A DNA stretch of 61,964 nucleotides from an uncultured Eubacteriales bacterium (lineage in GTDB: Bacteria > Bacillota > Clostridia > Lachnospirales > CAG-274). The translations under genes and the position numbers were made by a program. The stretch spans positions 1 to 61,964 of the forward strand of contig CABVAP010000001.1 of NCBI GenBank assembly GCA_902496345.1, given 5' to 3'. A model generated the notes under the pieces. That model worked only from the letters and a program-made list of their open reading frames with translations. It made no database searches and had not been told where the DNA came from. Below, one piece after another: positions 49,833 through 57,913 of the stretch; positions within the stretch are counted from its first letter, which is position 1, and the number at the start of each line of letters is the position of its first letter.

Positions 49833-51068
49833 TCACACTTTGTCAGATAAACCTGCCATTCTAAATTTAAAAGTATTTATCATAGGATTTTCTGTTCGTT
49901 GCAAATTACCGATAATTTTGTTGTTTTCATCTTCACCAAGTTCAATAAATTTATAAAGTGGGTTCATTTTAATTTCACCATTTTCATAATTAAGAACTTC
50001 GCTTATCTCAACAGTTCTTCTTGATTTATCACGCAATCTTGAAAGTTGGATAATAACGTCAACAGCCGATGCCATTTGGTGTCTAATTGCATCAAGTGGC
50101 ATATTTGCACCGGTTAAAACCATTGTTTCAAGTCGACTTAACATATCACTTGTAGAATTGGCGTGACCTGTTGAGAGTGAACCGTCGTGACCTGTGTTCA
50201 TAGCTTGAAGCATATCAAGAGCCTCTGCCCCTCTAACTTCGCCGACAACAATTCTTTCCGGTCTCATACGCAATGAAGACTTTATGAGGTCACGCATAGT
50301 GATTTCACCTTTTCCGTCAGTATTTGCGTTTCTTGTTTCCATTCTAACAAGGTTCTCTACCCCCTTTATTTGCAATTCTGCTGAATCTTCGATTGTTATA
50401 ATTCTTTCATCTTTCGGAATAAAGTTTGATAAAGCATTTAGAAAAGTAGTCTTTCCAGAGCCTGTACCACCACTTATAAAGATGTTGTATTTTGCCTTAA
50501 CCATTCGCTCAAGAAGTTCAGCAACCTCGGGGGTTATTGACTTATAGGCGATAAGCTGACTAATAGTCATAGGATTTTCAGGGAACTTTCTTATTGTAAC
50601 CGTTGGACCGTCAAGGGCAATCGGTGGAAGTACAATGTTTACTCTGGAACCGTCTTTAAGTCTTGCGTCAACTATAGGTGATGATTCATTTACAATTCTG
50701 TTTACTTTGGAAACAATATTTTGAATAACGTTTTCGAGAACAGCCGTACTAGAAAATGTATTAGGTACTCTTGATAATCTGCCTGACCTTTCAATAAAAA
50801 TGTTATCAGGTCCGTTAATCATAATTTCTGTTATAGTTGGGTCATCAACAAGAGGTTGAAGTGCGTCAAGTCCTCTCATAGAATTAAAAACATTGTTAAA
50901 CAAACTTACTTTCATATCTATTGTCAAATAGTCCTCTAATGACATATTTGTAATAACCTTGTAAATAATGTCTTTAAGTTCATCATCATCAATATCTCTG
51001 CTTAAATCCATAAGCTCAGCAACTTTAGCTTTTGTAGAATAAACCAAAGAATTTAAATCATTATTCAT
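49833..51068 (-). CDS. tadA: CpaF/TadA-family pilus assembly ATPase
   Basis: Walker A ISGGTGSGKTTFLNAL. RIITIEDSAEL. RMRPERIVVGEVRGAEALDMLQAMNTGHDGSLSTGHANS. Confidence 0.93.
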   Translation of the reverse strand: MNNDLNSLVYSTKAKVAELMDLSRDIDDDELKDIIYKVITNMSLEDYLTIDMKVSLFNNVFNSMRGLDALQPLVDDPTITEIMINGPDNIFIERSGRLSRVPNTFSSTAVLENVIQNIVSKVNRIVNESSPIVDARLKDGSRVNIVLPPIALDGPTVTIRKFPENPMTISQLIAYKSITPEVAELLERMVKAKYNIFISGGTGSGKTTFLNALSNFIPKDERIITIEDSAELQIKGVENLVRMETRNANTDGKGEITMRDLIKSSLRMRPERIVVGEVRGAEALDMLQAMNTGHDGSLSTGHANSTSDMLSRLETMVLTGANMPLDAIRHQMASAVDVIIQLSRLRDKSRRTVEISEVLNYENGEIKMNPLYKFIELGEDENNKIIGNLQRTENPMINTFKFRMAGLSDKV

Positions 51069-51083
51069 AAAGAACCCCCAATT

Positions 51084-52133
51084 CTATAGTAAACGTATAA
51101 TTGGTTCAAGGTCATCAAAACCAATGTTTTGATTTTTAAGAACAATTTTTATATTTTTGTAACTTTCATTAAAAGGAATTTTCAAAACATCATTATCAAA
51201 ATTTTTTTCGTATGCCATATTTTCGATAAATATAGTTTTAGATAAAATAGATTTTTCATATTTGAGTTTTTTCATTTCCGAAACAAATAGATTAACCTTT
51301 TGCTTTGAGAGTTCATTATTTAAATAAGGGAATAAAACTTTTTTACTTTTCTTTAAGATGTCAAATACACGTTTGTTAAATTCACCAACAAAATCAAGAA
51401 CCACATAGTCAAATTCTGTAAGTCCCTCTGCTGCGTTAATTATGTCCATAATTTCATCATCAGACATTTGAGCATATTCCGTACAGCTTTCGGCAGGATT
51501 TATGTAATAAATTTTACTTGCTTGATTTTGAACAACATTAGATAAAATTTTTGTAGGAATACTTTTTTTGTTTGTTCGTGCAGCAAAGAACACGTCTGTT
51601 AGATTGTTTATACCGTCATTGTTAAAAATTCCGGCCATTGAAGAAACTCTTTCAAAATTCAGATATAATACTTTTGCCCCACTAAGAGATAGATTTTTTG
51701 CTAATAGAATAGATAAAGTTGTTTTTCCACTGCCACCGACAGGCGAATATATAGAAATAATTTTCTTTTCTCCGTCATTAGATAAAATATAACTGCTGTC
51801 GCCGGTTTTTTCAGAATATATAAATAAAATATCATTTACAAATTTGTCAAGTTTCTGATATTTTTTAATTGTTGAATACTCATCGCTTTCAGCTTCAAAA
51901 GTTTCGGTCATAAGTATTTTCACAACATTGTCTTCGTAAAATTTAATATACTTTGTATATTCATCAGAAAAAAGTATAATATCCTGTTTTGTGTTTTCCG
52001 TGAACTCAGTAAACTTTTGGAAATCAGAAAAAGATAAAACTGTAAAATTATCTGTTTTATTTATAAGATAATTTGAAATTTTTTCTAAAAAACCCTTGTC
52101 ACTGTCCAAAATAACAATATTTAATTTAGCCAT
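51084..52133 (-). CDS. tadZ: TadZ/CpaE-like ParA/MinD-family ATPase with N-terminal receiver-like domain
   Basis: N-terminal NIVILDSD... REC-like fold. Deviant Walker A SPVGGSGKTTLS. First gene of the tad operon. Confidence 0.75.
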   Translation of the reverse strand: MAKLNIVILDSDKGFLEKISNYLINKTDNFTVLSFSDFQKFTEFTENTKQDIILFSDEYTKYIKFYEDNVVKILMTETFEAESDEYSTIKKYQKLDKFVNDILFIYSEKTGDSSYILSNDGEKKIISIYSPVGGSGKTTLSILLAKNLSLSGAKVLYLNFERVSSMAGIFNNDGINNLTDVFFAARTNKKSIPTKILSNVVQNQASKIYYINPAESCTEYAQMSDDEIMDIINAAEGLTEFDYVVLDFVGEFNKRVFDILKKSKKVLFPYLNNELSKQKVNLFVSEMKKLKYEKSILSKTIFIENMAYEKNFDNDVLKIPFNESYKNIKIVLKNQNIGFDDLEPIIRLL

Positions 52134-52254
52134 AGAACCCCTCCAGACATCTTGTAGCTATACTATATATAAAAATAGCTACAAAATTTTTTGAACTTTT
52201 TACCTATAAAACTTGAATACCTTTTATATAAATTTTAATATATATTACTTGACA

Positions 52255-52314
52255 TTTTTTTTCAATATGTGACAACAAGAATACAAAATAAAATATAGTT
52301 GTCACATATTTCAT
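52255..52314. promoter_or_regulatory. Copy B of the conserved palindromic motif, in the tadZ / regulator divergent promoter region
   Basis: T-run + caatatgtgacaacaagaatacaaaataaaatatagttgtcacatatttcat. The 13-bp arms AATATGTGACAAC / GTTGTCACATATT are perfect. Lies 122-181 nt upstream of tadZ and 66 nt upstream of the regulator ATG. Confidence 0.6.
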
Positions 52315-52379
52315 TTATTTAATAAATATGCTATTATTAATGTGATAGATTAGTATTTTTGTTAAAGAAAGGGTTAATT

Positions 52380-53864
52380 ATGGATAAAAAAGAGGCAATT
52401 TTAAATACATTAAATACTACAATTTCAGAAAGAGGATTAAAGATTTACTCACTTGCAAAAATAACAGGGATAAATCGTTCGACTTTACAAAAATCATTGC
52501 AAGGTACAAGAACATTAAATTTAAGGCAATTTAAAATTTTAATAAATGCTCTTCCTTTCTCAATTCAAGAGAGGAAAAACCTATATGATGATTTTTTGGA
52601 ATGTATTTGGGAAAAAGAGAGAATTATAAGCAATAAAGCTATATTAGATATAATTAACGTATTAACCAACCTAACCGTAGAAAATACTGGAAATTCGGGG
52701 GGAGGGGGGGTAGAACGGCTAAAACTCAGTATTTACAATATTACTTTCCCTGAACTAAAAAAAGTATATACAGGAGAGATAATTTTTGATGTTATAAAAA
52801 ATTTAATTATAGAAGAAATTGAATTAACTAAAGATATATCATCAGATATACGTATATATCTTCCGTTTGATAATGACTTTTTTAATAAAACAATTTTGCC
52901 GTGTGTCAATAATCTAAAAAATTCTTTACAACTTTCAATATTGTTTGAATTTTTTAAAAGCACACAAGCAAACAATCCACAAAATATATTAATACTAAGA
53001 AATATACTTCCGTTACTACTCGACCCAAATAATCATTATAACATTTATTATCTGTATTCAGATTTTACAAATAGTAACAACTTAACGTTATATCCTTATT
53101 ACATAATTTTAAGTAATAAAATTATAATGATAAGCTATGATTTGAATAGTATATCTATCATTGAAAACGAAGAGTTTTTGACAAAATACATAGACCACCA
53201 TAATAACAAAGTAAAGTTTGGAAATCCATTAAAAGTCGATATTTTGGAGATTGAAAACACAATAAAACATTTATTAACTGATACAATATATGATGACAAT
53301 ATGTATGCAATAGCTTATGACCCTTGTATCTCTGCCTTTGTTCCGCCAGATATGTTTAATGATTTAATCACAGATGAATTTCCAGAAAGAGAAGAGTTTT
53401 TAAATATAATTAATCATCGACTATCACAAATGTCAAAAATACCAAAAAAATATGCTTTGTTTAATAAAGATTCAATTGATGATTTTATAAATGATGGGTA
53501 TATAGTAGCTTTTAGACACCCAAACCTAAGACCTTGTACATTAGAGCAAAGAAAAATAATATTGTCGAATATATTAAATCTGTTAGATAGTAATAAAATC
53601 TTTCTTCGAGCGTTTTCTGCTGAAGAAATAAATATCTCAAGAAAATATGAAATAACTAATATACAAAATCACTATGATTTTAGTATAATGATTTACTCTG
53701 AAACATCAATAAGGGTAATAACAATACACGAAACAATTATAAGTAATTGCTTTATACAATTCATCAACGATATTATGGAAACAGATAAAGTATACACGTT
53801 GGAAGAAACAAGAACTTTATTCAAACAAGCAATTAATAAATTAGACAATTTATTAAAAAAATAA
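52380..53864 (+). CDS. HTH (XRE-like) domain protein, candidate regulator of the tad locus
   Basis: N-terminus GLKIYSLAKITGINRSTLQKSLQGTRTLNLRQFKILINAL. About 400 aa of unassigned, AT-rich-coded C-terminal region. Divergent from tadZ. Start chosen at ATG 52380. Confidence 0.65.
   Translation: MDKKEAILNTLNTTISERGLKIYSLAKITGINRSTLQKSLQGTRTLNLRQFKILINALPFSIQERKNLYDDFLECIWEKERIISNKAILDIINVLTNLTVENTGNSGGGGVERLKLSIYNITFPELKKVYTGEIIFDVIKNLIIEEIELTKDISSDIRIYLPFDNDFFNKTILPCVNNLKNSLQLSILFEFFKSTQANNPQNILILRNILPLLLDPNNHYNIYYLYSDFTNSNNLTLYPYYIILSNKIIMISYDLNSISIIENEEFLTKYIDHHNNKVKFGNPLKVDILEIENTIKHLLTDTIYDDNMYAIAYDPCISAFVPPDMFNDLITDEFPEREEFLNIINHRLSQMSKIPKKYALFNKDSIDDFINDGYIVAFRHPNLRPCTLEQRKIILSNILNLLDSNKIFLRAFSAEEINISRKYEITNIQNHYDFSIMIYSETSIRVITIHETIISNCFIQFINDIMETDKVYTLEETRTLFKQAINKLDNLLKK
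52697..52710 (+). repeat. G6-A-G7 homopolymeric tract inside the regulator ORF
   Basis: ggggggaggggggg encodes SGGGGV in frame. It is the only long G/C run I noticed in this AT-rich window. Confidence 0.9.
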
Positions 53865-53866
53865 CA

Positions 53867-53915
53867 AAACCCAACCTATATTAGATTCTCCTAATATGGG
53901 TTGGGTTTTGTTTCA
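53867..53915 (+). terminator. Rho-independent terminator of the regulator gene
   Basis: aaacccaacctatattag-(loop)-ctaatatgggttgggttt followed by tgtttc. Confidence 0.8.
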
Positions 53916-54014
53916 AAAAAATTACATTCAATAAAAATAAACACAAATAACACAATCAATTTTACAATAAAACAATATAACAAATCTTTATAAAAACATT
54001 AAAAATTCAAAATC

Positions 54015-55964
54015 CTATTCATTTTCAAGAACGCTTCTTGTTCTTTCAATAAGACTATCTATTTTATTTGAAAGGCCTTTAACATTAGTCATTGACTGAT
54101 TTATAAGCATACCATTTTCAGAAGTATCTTTTACATCTTTTATTGTATTGTCAACAACTTCCATAAGGCTTTTTATTCTTTCGCTAAAATTTTTTATAGT
54201 TTTATTTATGTAAATAATAGATTCATTTATATTTTTATTATTACTTGTAGCATTTTGAACTGAACGGCGTGAGTTCTCTGATAATTCACGTATACTATTA
54301 GCAATAACAGCGAACCCTTTTCCAAGTTCACCGGCTCTTGCAGCTTCAATAGAGGCATTGAATGAAAGAAGATTAATATTTTGAGAAATCTGCTCAACAT
54401 CATCAGTAACTTTTTTATAATTCTTCACATCTTTTTTGATTCCCTCAACGCTTGAATAAATATCTTTTCCGATGTTGCTAAGCTCTTCCATATATTCATT
54501 TACAAGTGTCATATCTTCTACATTTTTTTCACCAAGTTGTCGTATATTTTCAGAATCTTTTGTAGTATCGTTTACGCTAGTATTAAGAGATGTAAATACT
54601 TGTTGCAATTCCTCCATAATCTCAACAACGCTTTTGTTAATTTCTTCAATACGTTTAGTTTCTTTTTGAATTTTATTCATTATGTATTGATTACAGTTAT
54701 CAGGAACATTTACCCCTATAGCAATAGCCTCTGCCATTTCTCTACAAGATTTATAACCACAGGCGTGACAATTAAAGTTCTTCTCGATTTCTTTTGTTTT
54801 TCCAAGAGCTGAAAAGGCGTCTTGAATTTCTCTTTCAGACACGCTTTTATTTGATTTATATCTTGATTTATAGATTCTAATAAAATCGTCTACCCTAAGT
54901 TTTTCATCAAATTCCCTAAATTGACTATCCTCTGTTTCATTTCCATTTTCATCAATTTCAACTGTACTGTTTCTTTTATCTACAGTATATCGTTTAACAT
55001 CTCTCATAATTGCTTCCATTTGGAAAGGCTTATAATCTTGACCTACGGCAGGGCCATCATTACAACCAAACTCACAATTGAGTACGTCAAACACATCTGG
55101 AAGATTAGACTCTTTTTCTTCAGAATAGTCATTAATTTCTTTATATACTTTTGAAATACCTTCAGAATTTAATATATGAACATTCGGTACGTGAAGAAGT
55201 ATATTTTCTTTAAGTCCACCAGGCTTAGGGTAAATTGCACCTACACTTCCCTGTGCAGCGTCAAATTCAAATTCACTAAAAATCTTAATTTTAGGAAGGT
55301 CAACACCAGTTGCGTCAAAATATTCTTTAAGATGTTTAAATGTAACATTGTAGTCAATATATCCTGTCTGTTCAAACTCTTCTTTTTTAGCTATACAAGG
55401 TGATAACGCAGCAATCTTACAATTTTTGCCTAAATATTTCTTTATATAAATAGCAAGACAAAGCATAGGGCTTTGAACAGGAGAAAGTCTGTTTATAAGT
55501 TCTGGTTTATGCTGTAACACATAATTTACTATTGCAGCACAAGGTTGTGAAATAATTTTTTTATTTTTGTTTTCTTTAAGATATTTAACGTGAGCCCAAG
55601 TACATATATCAGCACCTAAAGAAACATCATAAATTTCCTTAATACCGTTGTTTCTAAACCATTGTAAAACGTAACGCCAGTTTCCGTCAAAAGCTATTTT
55701 CACGGCAGGGGCAGTAATAATTATTATGTTTTTACCACTTTTAACATCTTTTATAAATCGGTCTGTATCATCTCTGTAAAATCTTGCTCCGTGAGCGCAA
55801 GCCTTTATACAAGCACCACATTTTATACACTTGTCACTGTCTATGTCAATTACCATTTTCCCATTTTCATCATACCTTGCAACATTCGCTTCTGGAGCTG
55901 GACATACCCTAACACACGAATTACAACCAACGCATTTTTCTAAACTAATATCAATTATATTCAT
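54015..55964 (-). CDS. Sensory-type [FeFe]-hydrogenase-like domain fused to a methyl-accepting chemotaxis (MCP) signalling domain
   Basis: Two ferredoxin motifs (CVGCNSCVRVCP, CIKCGACIKAC). Divergent H-cluster motifs SQPCAA / LSPCIAKK / NCEFGCNDG. Extra Cx2Cx4Cx16C (CHACGYKSC-16-C). C-terminal MCP core NLLSFNASIEAARAGELGKGFAVIANSIRELSENS. Confidence 0.85.
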   Translation of the reverse strand: MNIIDISLEKCVGCNSCVRVCPAPEANVARYDENGKMVIDIDSDKCIKCGACIKACAHGARFYRDDTDRFIKDVKSGKNIIIITAPAVKIAFDGNWRYVLQWFRNNGIKEIYDVSLGADICTWAHVKYLKENKNKKIISQPCAAIVNYVLQHKPELINRLSPVQSPMLCLAIYIKKYLGKNCKIAALSPCIAKKEEFEQTGYIDYNVTFKHLKEYFDATGVDLPKIKIFSEFEFDAAQGSVGAIYPKPGGLKENILLHVPNVHILNSEGISKVYKEINDYSEEKESNLPDVFDVLNCEFGCNDGPAVGQDYKPFQMEAIMRDVKRYTVDKRNSTVEIDENGNETEDSQFREFDEKLRVDDFIRIYKSRYKSNKSVSEREIQDAFSALGKTKEIEKNFNCHACGYKSCREMAEAIAIGVNVPDNCNQYIMNKIQKETKRIEEINKSVVEIMEELQQVFTSLNTSVNDTTKDSENIRQLGEKNVEDMTLVNEYMEELSNIGKDIYSSVEGIKKDVKNYKKVTDDVEQISQNINLLSFNASIEAARAGELGKGFAVIANSIRELSENSRRSVQNATSNNKNINESIIYINKTIKNFSERIKSLMEVVDNTIKDVKDTSENGMLINQSMTNVKGLSNKIDSLIERTRSVLENE

Positions 55965-56104
55965 AATGTTACACCTTCCTAAAACAATTATACTAAAAAC
56001 GCATTATAACATAATGATACTAAATATATCCATATTTTGCAATATATTTTTCCAATAAAAGAATAATTTCGACAAATTTATATAATAAAAAGACTTAACA
56101 AAAT

Positions 56105-56153
56105 AAAAAACCAATATCTTATCTATAATTTAATTATACATAAAGTATCGGTT
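56105..56153 (-). terminator. Probable terminator downstream of the sirtuin gene
   Basis: Minus strand: aaaccgatactt...aagatattggttt followed by tttttatttt. The stem is imperfect. Confidence 0.45.
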
Positions 56154-56205
56154 TCTGCATTTTGCTAAAGCGAACAAATTAAATACAAAGTTCAAATAAC
56201 TAAAA

Positions 56206-57090
56206 TTATCCAGAAATCTTACTCATACAATTTAAAATAACATCTCCAATATCATCATCAATACAAATAGATTGTTTTTTTATTTCATCTGGACAAACAG
56301 CTTCTCCATAATTAATACAAGCATATATTGCTTTTTTATTTTTTGCTGTCATTTGCCAAAAAGGATATTTTATAATAATCGGAGTATTATATCCAACACC
56401 AAGTTCAAGAAATAATACATTCATATTTTTCCTTGTTCGGATAAAATTCTCATATCTGTAAGATGCCTCATACCAGCCGTCATCTTGAACAAAAGTGTCA
56501 TCAGAGCGTAAATTCATAGTCATTTTTTCACCACAATGAGGGCATATAGGAATAAGCTCTGACGGAATACGCATATTTTCTTGTTGTTCAAACATATCCT
56601 TTATAATTTTCTCATTGTCAAAAGTTTCTTGACAACAAGGTTTACTACATTGAAATAAACCATAATCACCTTGTGTATAAAACAATCTTTTTTTATCAAA
56701 CCCTGCTTTTTGGAAACAATGGTCAACATTCGTTGTAATAACAAAATAGTCTTTATCTTTAACCAACTTTAATAAATTTTCATAAACCGGCTTAGGTGAA
56801 TTTAGGTAACGGTTGATATATATGTACCTACTCCAATATGCCCAATATTCCTCAAAAGTATCGTATGGATAAAAACCACCGGAATACATATCATTGAACC
56901 CATATTTTTTTGAAAAATCAGAAAAGTATTTTTCAAATCTATCTCCTGAATACGTAAAACCAGCAGACGTTGAAAGTCCAGCACCAGCACCGATAACAAT
57001 AGAGTCAGAATTATCAATAGCATAACATAACTTATCAATTTTCTGTGAGTAGTCGTTCATAGATTTCTTTGTCAATATCTTTGAAAACAT
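56206..57090 (-). CDS. Macrodomain-linked sirtuin (SirTM-class SIR2-family protein)
   Basis: GAGAGLSTSAGF NAD-binding loop, TTNVDH, Zn-Cys pairs CSKPCC / CPHCG. Overlaps the 3' end of the macrodomain gene. Confidence 0.8.
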   Translation of the reverse strand: MFSKILTKKSMNDYSQKIDKLCYAIDNSDSIVIGAGAGLSTSAGFTYSGDRFEKYFSDFSKKYGFNDMYSGGFYPYDTFEEYWAYWSRYIYINRYLNSPKPVYENLLKLVKDKDYFVITTNVDHCFQKAGFDKKRLFYTQGDYGLFQCSKPCCQETFDNEKIIKDMFEQQENMRIPSELIPICPHCGEKMTMNLRSDDTFVQDDGWYEASYRYENFIRTRKNMNVLFLELGVGYNTPIIIKYPFWQMTAKNKKAIYACINYGEAVCPDEIKKQSICIDDDIGDVILNCMSKISG

Positions 57091-57829
57091 TAAAAATTAC
57101 CCTCTTTATAGTTGTTTCCTTTTTCATAAAGTTCTTTACAGTTTCTACTGCAATTTGAGCAGCAATATCATTAGGAAAACGAAATGCACCTGTAGATATA
57201 CAAGAAAAAGCAATGCTATTAAGTCCTTTTTCGTTTGCCAATTCCAAACAAGATAGATAACATTTCTTTAGTAAATCACAATGTTCTTCTGTCAATGTCC
57301 TTCTAACAATAGGTCCTACTGTATGAATAACGTTTTTACAAGGTAAATTATAAGCATTTGTAATTTTCGCCCTACCTGTTGGCTCTGGGTATCCTTGTTT
57401 TTTAATCAAATTATCACATTCAAGACGTAACTGAACACCAGCATAAGTATGAATAAAATTATCTACACACTTATGATTAGGTATATAACAGCCCGTCATA
57501 TTACTGTTTGCAGCATTAACAATAGCGTCACAATCAAGTGTAGTAATATCACCCTGCCAAACATAAAGCCCCTCTTGAATTGGTTGCAACGTATCAATCT
57601 TTGTTATTCCCTTTTGTGTAGTAACCTCTTTTAAGTATTCATCTTGTATATCCAAAAAGTTTTTTGAAATTTCTTTAGGTTGACGTACATTCATCAATGC
57701 CCTTAAAAGTTGACGTTGCTGTTCAGGATTTTGAGGTATTTCAATATATTCACGCTCGTCACTTTCATCAACCAATGTTCTTATCAAAAAATTTCTTTTT
57801 TCAGAATTATTCAAACTATCAACTCCCAT
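57035..57829 (-). CDS. Macrodomain protein (protein ADP-ribosyl hydrolase, SirTM partner)
   Basis: WQGDITTLDCDAIVNAANSNMTGC, IHTVGP, FSCISTGAFRFP. Collinear with my recollection of the Staphylococcus SirTM-operon macrodomain. Start uncertain: ATG 57829 preferred by length, while the track ORF begins at TTG 57883. Confidence 0.8.
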   Translation of the reverse strand: MGVDSLNNSEKRNFLIRTLVDESDEREYIEIPQNPEQQRQLLRALMNVRQPKEISKNFLDIQDEYLKEVTTQKGITKIDTLQPIQEGLYVWQGDITTLDCDAIVNAANSNMTGCYIPNHKCVDNFIHTYAGVQLRLECDNLIKKQGYPEPTGRAKITNAYNLPCKNVIHTVGPIVRRTLTEEHCDLLKKCYLSCLELANEKGLNSIAFSCISTGAFRFPNDIAAQIAVETVKNFMKKETTIKRVIFNVFKDIDKEIYERLLTEN

Positions 57830-57913
57830 AGTACATAGTATATTAAAATTTTTATTTATATAAATAAATTTTAACATTGACAAAAATACGCGTCAAACTT
57901 TTTAGATTGTAGT

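Noticed and set aside
26777-52314. The whole 25.4-kb block as a mobile or integrative element bounded by ~55-bp direct repeats
   Set aside because: The block and its flanks contain no integrase, recombinase, transposase, tRNA target or conjugation genes. The repeat position relative to start codons fits an operator better. It is kept only as an alternative in the motif finding.
52697-52710. G-quadruplex at the G-rich tract
   Set aside because: Only two G runs are present, and a canonical intramolecular quadruplex needs four.
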